64,000 nucleotides of DNA, from contig JAUNFZ010000001.1 in assembly GCA_030524785.1 (NCBI GenBank), forward strand, positions 44,443 through 108,442. Reading direction: 5' to 3'. Source of the stretch: Eubacteriales bacterium. GTDB lineage: Bacteria; Bacillota; Clostridia; Lachnospirales; Lachnospiraceae. A program made the position numbers and the translations under genes. Each line of letters starts with the position of its first letter. Positions within the stretch are counted from its first letter, which is position 1. This document shows, one piece after another, positions 20,617-30,306 of the stretch. The notes under the pieces are model-generated. The model worked only from the letters and a program-made list of their open reading frames with translations, was not told where the DNA came from and did no database searches.

Positions 20617-23600
20617 CCTGCGCGGCTGCAATATGCTGGTGTCTGCGGCGGCCGGTTCAGGAAAGACAGCCGTATTGGTGGAACGGATACTCTCCAAGCT
20701 GATGGATCTTCGCTATCCGGTGGATATCGACCGCCTGCTGATCGTAACTTTTACAAACGCGGCGGCCGGGGAGATGAAGGACCGTATTCGCTCAGCCATT
20801 GAAAAAAAGATCGAGGAACTGGAAAATGTGACAGAGACAGAAGCTCTGGCAGAGCACCTGCAGAGACAGATCTCCCTTCTTTCCAATGCACAGATCACTA
20901 CCATACACAGTTTCTGTCAGTATGTGATCCGCAACCATTTTCATACCATAGAACTCGATCCGGGACTGAGAATCGCGGACGAAGGGGAACAGAAGCTTTT
21001 GCAGAACGACGTGATGGAAAAGCTTCTGGAGGAATGTTACGGGGAGGAATCCCCGGAATTTCTGCATATGGCAGAATATTTCGCTCCGGGCAGGGACGAT
21101 AAGGCGCTGGCGGACACGGCTCTTTCCCTGTACCATTTTTCCACAGGTTTCCCGTGGCCGGAGAAATGGCTCCAGGAATGTAAGCAGGCATACGCCGTTG
21201 AAACTTTGGAGCAGTTAGACAGTGCGCCCTGGGTCGGGCGAATGATGGAACTGACAGATCATATTCTGGAGGAAGCGCGGGAACAGATTAAGGAGGCGCT
21301 TTGCATTGCTGCCCTGGAGGATGGACCTTATCCTTATGAGGAAGCGCTTGGGCAGGATCTTAAACTGCTGGAAGATCTTCTGGCAGCAAAGACCTACAGT
21401 GAACGCAGCCGGGTGTTTGAAGGCGCAGGAGCCTGGGCGCGCCTGTCGTCAAAGAGGGATAAGCAGATTTCCGAGGAAAAACGAGAGCAGGTAAAGGCCA
21501 TCCGGGATCGCTGCAAAAAGATGGTGGGCGAACTTCGGGAGGAATTTTTCTGTGCGCCGCCTCAGACAGAGATAGAGCAGATGAGGGCCTGTGCTCCGGC
21601 TGCGGCGTCCATGATCGATTTTACCTGCCGCTTTATCCGGCGTTTTTCGGAGGAAAAGCAGCGCAAGGGAATGATGGATTTTGACGACCTGGAGCATTTT
21701 GCGCTGCAGATTCTTGTGCGTGAGGAGGAAGGGAACATTACCCCGACGCCGGTGGCGCTGGAATTTGCGGAGCATTATGAAGAAATTATGATTGACGAAT
21801 ACCAGGACAGCAATCTGGTGCAGGAGATGATTCTCGGCAGCATTTCTAAAATGTCCCTGGGCAGTTACAATATGTTTATGGTGGGGGATGTAAAGCAGAG
21901 CATTTACCGCTTTCGCCTTGCCCGTCCGGAACTTTTTATGGAAAAGTACCGGGCGTATTCTGAAGACCAGGGATCCTGCCGGCGGATTGATCTTCACCGG
22001 AACTTCAGAAGCCGCGCACAGGTATTGGAGTGCGTCAATTTTTTGTTTGAGCAGGCGATGGAAGAAAGCCTGGGAAATATTCAGTATGATGAGGCGGCGG
22101 CTCTGTACCCCGGAGCTTTATTTGCACCGGGGGATGAGGAGGCCTTTCGGAAAACGGAGCTGCTTCTGATTGATACGGAAATTCAGGAGGAAGAAGAACA
22201 GCCGGAGGAAACCGTTCGGGAGCTGGAAGCCAGAGCTGCCGCAGCGCGGATAAAAGAGATCGTGGGCAGGGAACTGGTATGGGATAAGGAGCAGGAGACT
22301 TACCGGACGGCTAGGTACAGTGATATTGTAATTTTGCTGCGCACGGTGCAGGGATGGGCGGAGGTGTTTGCCAGGATCCTGACGGATATGGATATTCCAG
22401 CCCATACAGGTTCCCGGACGGGGTATTTTTCTACTACGGAGGTACAGACGGTTCTGTCGCTACTGCAGGTGATCGACAACCCGCGTCAGGACATTCCCCT
22501 GGCGGCAGTGCTTCATTCTCCCATTGGAGGACTGTCGGGGGAGGAAATGGCAGGGATCAAAAGCAGGCATCCGGAAAAATCCTTTTTTGAGGCCTGCCGG
22601 GAGGAAGAAGCTTTGCAGGGCTTTTTCGGTATGCTGGAAGAATTTCGGGATATGGCGGTTTATATGCCTATACACGAACTGCTGTGGCATATACTGGACA
22701 GAACGGGGTATGGCGCGTATGCGGCGGCAATGCCGGGGGGAAGCCAGAGAAAGGCCAACCTGGATATGCTGATTCAGAAGGCAATCGCCTATGAAACCGG
22801 TAGCTACCGGGGACTTTATAACTTTGTGCGCTACATTGAAAACCTCCATAAATATGATGTGGATTTCGGTGAGGCTGGGACAGATAGCGAGACAGAAGAT
22901 ACGGTGCGTATTCTGAGTATTCACAAAAGCAAAGGACTGGAGTTTCCTGTTGTATTTGTCTGCGGCATGGGAAAACAGATTAATCAGATGGACGCGCGAA
23001 GCGCGGTGATTACGCATGGTGATTTTGGCATAGGATGCGATTATGTGGACGTCGGGCGCAGAGTGCGGCGCGCCTCTCTCCTGAAGCGGTTCATCCGTCG
23101 TCAGACGGTGCAGGAGAGCCTGGGGGAGGAGCTGCGGGTGCTCTATGTTGCGCTGACCAGGGCCAAGGAAAAGCTTATCCTCATGGGAACAATGGCCAAA
23201 ATGACGGAGAAGCTGAAAAACTGGAGCGATATTTTAAGAAGGCAGGAGGCGGTTCTGCCCTTTTCGCGCAGAGCCAGGGCCAGTACCTATTGGGACTGGG
23301 TTGTTCCGGCGCTGATGAGGAATCAATGCTTTGCGCCTTTGCTTCGCAGGTGCGAAATAGAACAGAACAGGGATCATCCCCTGTATAGCCGGGAAATTTT
23401 CTGTGAGGTAAAAACTCTTTGCGCGGCCGGGCTGGCCCGCTCGGAGGCGGAGCAAAGGGTGGAATATATGATGACTCAGGAAGAACTTCTGGCACTGCCG
23501 GAAGATGCGGTGTTTGACGCAGAAACGGCCGCTCGTCTGGAGGAGCACATGACATTCCGGTATGCTTATGAAAAGGAAGCGGATATTCCGTCGAAGGTAA

Positions 23601-24361
23601 GCGTATCGGAACTTAAGCGCCTGGCGCAGTTTGACGCCTCCGAGGACGGCGAACTTTTGTATCAGGAGCCGGAACCGGTTCCGCTCATTCCCCGGTTTCT
23701 GAAGGACGAGTCAGAGGTATCCGGCGCGGCAAGGGGAACGATCTATCATAAGCTGATGGAATGTCTTGATTTTACATTGCCCTGGGGCGGGCCGCAGACT
23801 GCCGATGCGCCGGGAGAGAAAAAGACGCAGACTGCCGATGCGCCGGGAGAAAGAAAGACACAGAAAGCCGATGCACTGCAGAAACGCAGGGAGCTTTTGG
23901 AGAACGAAATCAGCCGTATGACAGAGCAGGGCCATTTAAGCGGTGAAGAAGCAGAGCTTATTGACCGCGTAAAAATTCTTAAGTTTCTGGAAAGCCCTCT
24001 GGCAGAAAGGATGCGAAAAGCTGCAGAAAAAGGCCGGCTTTACCGGGAGCAGCCCTTTGTGCTTGAGGTTCCCGCCTCCCGGATACAGAAGGAATGGAGT
24101 AGCCATGAGCAGGTGCTGATCCAGGGAATTATAGACGCATATTTTGTGGAAAAGGGTGCGGTTATTTTAGTGGATTACAAGACAGATTTTGTAAAATCGC
24201 AGGAAGCGTATTCCCTTTATGCGAAATATGAGGTACAATTGACCTATTACCAGGAGGCGCTTGAGAGGCTTACGCATCTTCCGGTAAAGGAAAAGCTGAT
24301 TTATTCATTTTGTCTTAACCGCGCGCTTACGGGCGGCACACAGGCAATCGAGGAGCATTGA
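20576..24361 (+). CDS. addA: helicase-exonuclease AddAB, subunit AddA (UvrD-like helicase plus RecB nuclease)
   Basis: 1261 aa. [34 protein letters not shown] (helicase motif I), IDEYQDSN (motif II), C-terminal ...GIIDAYF...LVDYKTD nuclease motif. Confidence 0.93.
   Translation: [1261 protein letters not shown]
23795..23875 (+). repeat. in-frame 33-nt tandem repeat (about 2.5 copies) inside addA
   Basis: cagactgccgatgcgccgggagagaaaaagacg / cagactgccgatgcgccgggagaaagaaagaca / cagaaagccgatgca. It encodes [27 protein letters not shown]. Confidence 0.9.
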
Positions 24362-24362
24362 A

Positions 24363-27344
24363 ATGACAGAATTTGTGAAAAAACTTTACTATAACCGCGT
24401 TGTCCGTTATATCTTTTTCGGCGGCTGCACCACTATGGTGAATCTGGTCAGCTATGGAATACTCAGATATATTCTGGGTGTGGATATTACCAGGGCAAAT
24501 TTTATTTCTATCCTGCTGTCGATTTTATTTGCGTATGTGGTGAATAAAATATTTGTCTTTGAGAGCAGGACAGAGGGAATTGTCAGCCTGATCAAAGAAT
24601 TTGCCAGCTTTGTCGGGATGCGGCTGATCACGATGTTTATCGAGATCTTTGGAACGGTTTTTTTAAGCTGCGTGTGGGGTATGCCGGATATGGCCGCGAA
24701 ACTGCTGATACAGGTGGTCGTGCTGGTGCTGAATTTCGTATTCAGCAAGCTGATTGTGTTCAGCGTAAAAAAATACGAAGGCGAGCCGTCTGCTGCGGAA
24801 CGTTCTGCGGCAAGCCGCAAAAAGCGCTGTATCTGGATTTCCTTTCTGATCCCTGCGCTGACGATGTTTATCGCATATATTGTAAACGGAGTGTATCCCT
24901 TTGGCGATCACGGCGTGCTGATTATTGACTCGCTCCATCAGTATCTGCCGTTTTTTACAGATTTCCAGCAGAAGCTGGCAAACAGCGAATCGCTGCTGTA
25001 CTCCTTCGGGGGCGGCCTTGGCTACAATATGTGGGCTACTTTTGCCTATTACCTGGCAAGTCCCCTGAATTTCCTGATTACGGCCGTTTCTATGGATCAT
25101 GTCATGGATTTTATGGCGTACCTGATTCTTTTAAAAATTGCCCTGTCCGGCGCGGCGTTTGGCTGGTATCTGTCGGAGCGGGGCCAGGGGAAAAACTATC
25201 TTCCGATCCCCTTTGCCTGCATGTATGCGCTGAGCGCCTATATGATCGGATACTATTTTAATGTGATGTGGCTGGACAGCGTGATGATCCTGCCGCTGGT
25301 GATGGGCGGAATTGAGCGCCTGACGGAAGGAAAGAGCGGGAAGCTTTTCGCACTGTCGCTGTTTTACGGGCTGTACTGCAATTATTATATCGGATATATG
25401 CTGTGTCTGTTTTCCTGCCTGTATTTTCTGGCTATCTGGGTGGGGGTGAAGAAGTTTGCAGTAAAAGAGTTTATAAAGTCGGGACTTCGTTTTGCCTGGT
25501 ATGCGCTGCTTAGCGGCGGTATGGCGGCGGTGGTGCTGGTTCCGGCCTATCTTGCTCTGGGCATTACGGAATCTGCGTCGAACTCTTTTCCGTCCAAGGT
25601 GAAATTTTATACGGACGGGATTACCCAGTGGACCGGACACTTTGCGCTGGTGGAACCGATCAATATTTATGACGATCAATCCGGAGTAAATATTTACTGC
25701 GGCGTGATTATTCTGATCCTGATATTTTTATATATTCTCGACAAGGAGATACGTTTTACCGAGCGCGTGTCCAGGGTGGTGCTGATGGGCATCCTTCTGC
25801 TGAGTATGAACTTTAACATGCTGAATTATATCTGGCACGGTTTTCATACGCAGAACGGTCTTCCCAACCGGTTTGCGTTCCTTTATATCGGACTGATTCT
25901 TGTGATGGGATTTGACGCCCTGCGGGATATACGAAAACAGGCGCCATGGAGGATACTGGTGGGCTGGCTGATTCCGGTGGCCTTTACCGCTTACTGCTTC
26001 TGGAAAAATGTGGGAGAGCGTGAGTGGTATGTCTATGCGGTTACACTGCTGCTTTTGGGCCTGTACGGGATATTGCTGCTTCTGCTGCGGGGGACGGTGC
26101 GCAGAAAGGAAGCGGTTCGCATGGTTCTGACCGGCGCTATGACAGTGGAGATGATTGTCACGGGAATTTACGGCGTGTGCATGAACGGAACGGTGGGAAG
26201 AAGCACCTATGTGGACGAACAAAAGGCGTATCAGACGCTGATGCCGCGGCAGGAGGGATATGGAGAGTTTTTCCGAAGCGAGATCGACAGCCAGAGGATG
26301 CGCAATGCAAATATGTTTATGGGAGCCAACGGCGTGGTGCTGTTTTCCTCCACAATGCCGGAGGCTACGGTGAAGCTGTGCCGCAGCATCGGTATGGAGG
26401 CACGGACAAATAAGACCGGATACAATGGCGTTACAAAGCTGTTCAACGACGTGTTTGGAATACGGTACGTCATGTCGAAAACTGCGGGCGACACCCTGTA
26501 TCAGATGGAAAAAGTAGATTACGAGGAACCGCTGTCCCTGTACCGCAACGACGGAGCGCTGTCCGTGGGCTTTATGGTGTCCTCTGACATCAAGGCGTGG
26601 GATATCAACGATAAGCTGCCCATGAAGGTGCAGGACGACTTTGCGGTGCTGGCTACGGGAGTGCCTTTCTTCTACACGCTCAGGGAGGCGTATTCGCTGG
26701 AGGAGGGTCCGACCTATATTATCCGCCTGCATCCCGGAGAACAGACGTATATCGAGTTTACAAAAAATGTGGAAAGCCTGACGATCAAGACGCCTCAGTA
26801 TGAGAAGACGATCAGCAACTTTACGACGAATGTCTTTAACCTGGGTATGGTAACTGAGGAGGGAGAGGCGAGCAAGGCGAATATCACAATCAAATATAAG
26901 GAAAACGATCAGACGCCGGTGCCGGTACGGGTGTATACCTGCACGGACGAGGAATATCAGGCCGTCTACGAAAAGCTGGCGGCAAACCAGATGGAGAATG
27001 TGCAGGAGAGCGGAAATAAACTGTCGGGTACCATCCATGCAGATCAGGCGGGGACACTGCTTTTGACGATCCCCTATGATGAGGGCTGGAGCGTACTGGT
27101 GAACGGTGAAAAAACAGAAACCTACCGGGTGGGGGAAGCCCTGACGGGACTTGACCTTGACGCCGGAGATTATGAGATTTCCATGACCTTTACCCCCCAG
27201 GGACTCTGGATTGGGAGCATACTGACCCTGGCGGCGGTACTGCTGTTTCTGGCAAGCTGCTATGCAGAGGGAAGATGGGAGAAAAAGAAATTAGAGGAGA
27301 AACAGGATGAAGATCACATTTTCGGAGAAAGTGAATACATTTGA
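24363..27344 (+). CDS. fusion protein: N-terminal GtrA-family domain plus YfhO-family membrane glycosyltransferase
   Basis: 993 aa. Residues about 10-135 show the GtrA pattern (RYIFFGGCTTMVNLVSYGILRY...AYVVNKIFVFESR...LNFVFSKLIVF). The rest is a YfhO-like polytopic protein (...GVYPFGDHGVLIIDSLHQYLPFF...YYLASPLNFL...). Confidence 0.8.
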   Translation: MTEFVKKLYYNRVVRYIFFGGCTTMVNLVSYGILRYILGVDITRANFISILLSILFAYVVNKIFVFESRTEGIVSLIKEFASFVGMRLITMFIEIFGTVFLSCVWGMPDMAAKLLIQVVVLVLNFVFSKLIVFSVKKYEGEPSAAERSAASRKKRCIWISFLIPALTMFIAYIVNGVYPFGDHGVLIIDSLHQYLPFFTDFQQKLANSESLLYSFGGGLGYNMWATFAYYLASPLNFLITAVSMDHVMDFMAYLILLKIALSGAAFGWYLSERGQGKNYLPIPFACMYALSAYMIGYYFNVMWLDSVMILPLVMGGIERLTEGKSGKLFALSLFYGLYCNYYIGYMLCLFSCLYFLAIWVGVKKFAVKEFIKSGLRFAWYALLSGGMAAVVLVPAYLALGITESASNSFPSKVKFYTDGITQWTGHFALVEPINIYDDQSGVNIYCGVIILILIFLYILDKEIRFTERVSRVVLMGILLLSMNFNMLNYIWHGFHTQNGLPNRFAFLYIGLILVMGFDALRDIRKQAPWRILVGWLIPVAFTAYCFWKNVGEREWYVYAVTLLLLGLYGILLLLLRGTVRRKEAVRMVLTGAMTVEMIVTGIYGVCMNGTVGRSTYVDEQKAYQTLMPRQEGYGEFFRSEIDSQRMRNANMFMGANGVVLFSSTMPEATVKLCRSIGMEARTNKTGYNGVTKLFNDVFGIRYVMSKTAGDTLYQMEKVDYEEPLSLYRNDGALSVGFMVSSDIKAWDINDKLPMKVQDDFAVLATGVPFFYTLREAYSLEEGPTYIIRLHPGEQTYIEFTKNVESLTIKTPQYEKTISNFTTNVFNLGMVTEEGEASKANITIKYKENDQTPVPVRVYTCTDEEYQAVYEKLAANQMENVQESGNKLSGTIHADQAGTLLLTIPYDEGWSVLVNGEKTETYRVGEALTGLDLDAGDYEISMTFTPQGLWIGSILTLAAVLLFLASCYAEGRWEKKKLEEKQDEDHIFGESEYI

Positions 27345-28485
27345 GGCCGGCATTTTTGCAGTTTTAAATGAACGAAAAGAAGCTTTGGAAAAGCAGGGAA
27401 AAAAGATTTATAATTTGTCCGTGGGGACGCCGGATTTTGAGACGCCGGAACATATACGGAAAGCTGTGGAAAAAGCGGCCCGGGATCCCAAAAACTACAG
27501 GTATGCCTTAGTGGATATCCCGCCGCTGGTAGAGGCGGTGCAGGGCTTTTACAGACGGCGTTTCGGCGTAGAGCTAAAGCCGGAGGAGATAATGTCTATA
27601 AACGGATCCCAGGAGGGCATGGCTCACTTTGCCTGGGCTTTGTGCAATCCCGGCGACGTGGTGCTGGTACCGAATCCGGGGTATCCGATTTTTAAGATCG
27701 GGCCTATGCTGTGCGAAGCGAAGACAGTAGAGTATCCGCTGTATGAAAAAAATGGATTCCTTCCGGTGTTTTCCGATATACCGGAGGATACGGCGAGGGC
27801 TGCAAAATTTATGGTGGTCAATTATCCTGCTAATCCGGTGTGTGCTGTGGCGGACGATGCTTTTTACCGGGAACTGATTGCCTTCGCAAAGAAATATGAG
27901 ATTGTGATTCTTCACGACAACGCTTACTCTGATATTATTTTCGACGGAAAGCGGGGCGGCTCTTTTCTTTCCTATGAGGGTGCGAAAGAGGTGGGCGTAG
28001 AGTTCTACTCTCTCTCAAAATCCTTTGATTATACCGGAGCAAGAATGTCCTTCTGCGTCGGAAACAGAGAGATTGTTCAGAAATTTAAGGCGCTCAGGAC
28101 ACAGATTGATTACGGCGTTTTTCTGCCGGTGCAATACGGAGCTGTTGCTGCGCTCACAGGTTCTTTTGCGTCTGTGGAGAATCAGTGCAGAATTTATGAG
28201 GAAAGGAGCAGGGCCCTTTGCGCAGGGCTTCGCAGTATCGGATGGCATGTGGAGGACAGCCAGGGAACGATGTTTGTCTGGGCGCCTCTGCCGCAGGGCT
28301 TTGAAAACTCGGAGGATTTCTGCCTGGAGCTGATGGAACGCTCCGGCGTGATCTGCGTGCCGGGCAGCAGTTTTGGCTCCCTTGGGGAAGGCTATGTCCG
28401 GTTTGCGCTGGTACTTCCCAGGGAACAGCTTCTTGAGGCTGTGGAGGCGGTGCGCGCCAGCCAGATTTTAAAAAAGACAGAGTAG
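27307..28485 (+). CDS. class I/II PLP-dependent aminotransferase
   Basis: 392 aa. ...NLSVGTPDFETPEHI..., ...NPGYPIF..., PLP-lysine context YSLSKSFDYTGARMSF. The start overlaps the upstream gene by 38 nt. Confidence 0.85.
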   Translation: MKITFSEKVNTFEAGIFAVLNERKEALEKQGKKIYNLSVGTPDFETPEHIRKAVEKAARDPKNYRYALVDIPPLVEAVQGFYRRRFGVELKPEEIMSINGSQEGMAHFAWALCNPGDVVLVPNPGYPIFKIGPMLCEAKTVEYPLYEKNGFLPVFSDIPEDTARAAKFMVVNYPANPVCAVADDAFYRELIAFAKKYEIVILHDNAYSDIIFDGKRGGSFLSYEGAKEVGVEFYSLSKSFDYTGARMSFCVGNREIVQKFKALRTQIDYGVFLPVQYGAVAALTGSFASVENQCRIYEERSRALCAGLRSIGWHVEDSQGTMFVWAPLPQGFENSEDFCLELMERSGVICVPGSSFGSLGEGYVRFALVLPREQLLEAVEAVRASQILKKTE

Positions 28486-28494
28486 GGGAAATCA

Positions 28495-29406
28495 ATGGAA
28501 CAGAAATTGTATCAGAAACTGTGTGATATTGTCGGCGAGGAACAGGTGCTGACAGAGGAACCGATGAAGAAGCATACGACCTTTCGGATTGGGGGCAATG
28601 CGGATTACTTTGTACGGCCAGGAAGCCGGGAAGAAATTGCGGGGATTCTTCAGACCTGCAGAAGCGCTCAGATTCCATGCTACGTGATTGGAAACGGCAG
28701 CAATCTGCTGGTGGGGGATCGCGGCATCCGCGGCGTGGTGGTACAGCTATTTAAGAATTTTAATCATATTCAGGCAGAAGGAACGACGTTGACGGTGCAG
28801 GCCGGGGCCATCAATTCTCTGGTGGCGAGCAAGGCGCTGGAGGCAGAACTGACAGGTTACGAGTTTGCGGCGGGAATCCCGGGAACGATCGGGGGCGCGG
28901 TGGTAATGAACGCCGGGGCCTACGGCGGAGAGATGAAGGATATCTTGTCCGAGGTAACGGTGCTCGATCAGGAGGGCAATTTTCTTACCCTGAAAAACAG
29001 CGAGCTGGAGCTTGGTTACCGTACCAGCATCATTTCCCGGAAAGGGTACGTGGTGATCGAGGCGAAGCTGACGCTTGCGAAAGGAAAAAAGGAAGAAATT
29101 CTGGCCCGCATGGAGGAACTGAAGGAAAAACGCGTCAGCAAGCAGCCTTTGGAGTACCCAAGCGCGGGGAGTACGTTTAAACGGCCGGAGGGATATTTTG
29201 CCGGGAAACTGATTATGGATGCAGGGCTGCGGGGATTTCGCGTGGGCGGCGCACAGGTGTCGGAAAAACACTGCGGGTTTGTAATTAACACGGGAAACGC
29301 CACTGCGGCGGATGTGGAAAAACTGATGAGCGAGGTGCAGCGGATTGTGGAGGAAACCTTTGGCGTAAAGCTTGAGCCGGAGGTGAAACGCATCGGAGAG
29401 AATTAG
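28495..29406 (+). CDS. murB: UDP-N-acetylenolpyruvoylglucosamine reductase
   Basis: 303 aa. ...EPMKKHTTFRIGGNADYF...VIGNGSNLLV...AGSTFKRP... Confidence 0.95.
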   Translation: MEQKLYQKLCDIVGEEQVLTEEPMKKHTTFRIGGNADYFVRPGSREEIAGILQTCRSAQIPCYVIGNGSNLLVGDRGIRGVVVQLFKNFNHIQAEGTTLTVQAGAINSLVASKALEAELTGYEFAAGIPGTIGGAVVMNAGAYGGEMKDILSEVTVLDQEGNFLTLKNSELELGYRTSIISRKGYVVIEAKLTLAKGKKEEILARMEELKEKRVSKQPLEYPSAGSTFKRPEGYFAGKLIMDAGLRGFRVGGAQVSEKHCGFVINTGNATAADVEKLMSEVQRIVEETFGVKLEPEVKRIGEN

Positions 29407-29423
29407 ACGGGAAGGACAAGAGG

Positions 29424-30281
29424 ATGAGACTTGTAATTGTAACGGGGATGTCGGGCGCAGGCAAGGTAAGCGCCCTGAAAATTCTGGAAGACATGGGATA
29501 TTATTGTGTGGACAATCTGCCGATCCCCCTGCTTCCGACTTTTGCCGAGCTGGTATACACGCAGAATACGGAAATCACGAAGGCGGCTATTGGCATTGAT
29601 ATCCGGAATGGAAACGGTCTGAAGGATATTGGAGGCTGTCTGGAGAAAATGGAAGCTGCGGGCTACCAGTATGAGATTCTGTTTATGGATGCTTCGGATT
29701 CAACGCTGATCAAGCGCTATAAGGAGACGCGGAGGGTGCATCCGATGACGGGCGACCGCAGAATTGACAAGGGCATCGAGGAAGAACGCATCCAGCTCGC
29801 GTTTCTGAAGAAAAAGGCGAATTATATTATCGATACGAGCCAGCTTCTGATTCGGGAGCTGAACCAGAACCTTGACCAGATCTTTATGCAGAATCAGAAA
29901 TTCGGCAATATGGTTGTAACCGTGCTCTCCTTCGGTTTTAAGTATGGGATTCCCACAGACGCTGATCTGGTATTTGACGTGCGTTTTCTGCCAAATCCCT
30001 ATTATGTGGAGCAGCTGAAAACGAAAACTGGAAACGACCGGGAGGTACAGGAATTTGTGATGGGATGCGCCCAGGCAGAGGAATTTTTAGCCAAGCTTAC
30101 GGATATGGTGGAGTTTTTGATTCCGAATTACGTTCTCGAAGGGAAAAACCGGCTGGTGATCGGCATCGGCTGTACCGGAGGGAAGCACCGTTCGGTTACG
30201 ATTGCAAACCGGCTGTATGAGCAGCTTAGGAAACAATCGGAGTATCGCGTAAAGATTGAGCACAGGGATATCGGAAGGTAA
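29424..30281 (+). CDS. rapZ: RNase adapter protein RapZ
   Basis: MRLVIVTGMSGAGKVSALKILEDMGYYCVDNLP...CTGGKHRSV... Confidence 0.95.
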   Translation: MRLVIVTGMSGAGKVSALKILEDMGYYCVDNLPIPLLPTFAELVYTQNTEITKAAIGIDIRNGNGLKDIGGCLEKMEAAGYQYEILFMDASDSTLIKRYKETRRVHPMTGDRRIDKGIEEERIQLAFLKKKANYIIDTSQLLIRELNQNLDQIFMQNQKFGNMVVTVLSFGFKYGIPTDADLVFDVRFLPNPYYVEQLKTKTGNDREVQEFVMGCAQAEEFLAKLTDMVEFLIPNYVLEGKNRLVIGIGCTGGKHRSVTIANRLYEQLRKQSEYRVKIEHRDIGR

Positions 30282-30306
30282 GCGCGTATCCCGGAATGGA
30301 GGGGAC

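Noticed and set aside
25728-27038. 436-aa minus-strand ORF; similar long antisense ORFs at 18772..19872 (366 aa), 45750..46763 (337 aa), 47724..48623 (299 aa), 46782..47654 (290 aa), 51788..52822 (344 aa, plus strand) and 53949..54758 (269 aa)
   Set aside because: Each lies entirely antisense to a long gene with clear family motifs (yfhO fusion, addB, the 1175-aa gene, ABC transporter genes, purF). They are rich in Arg/His/Gln/Leu, as expected for shadow frames of moderately GC-rich coding DNA. None has a plausible RBS.
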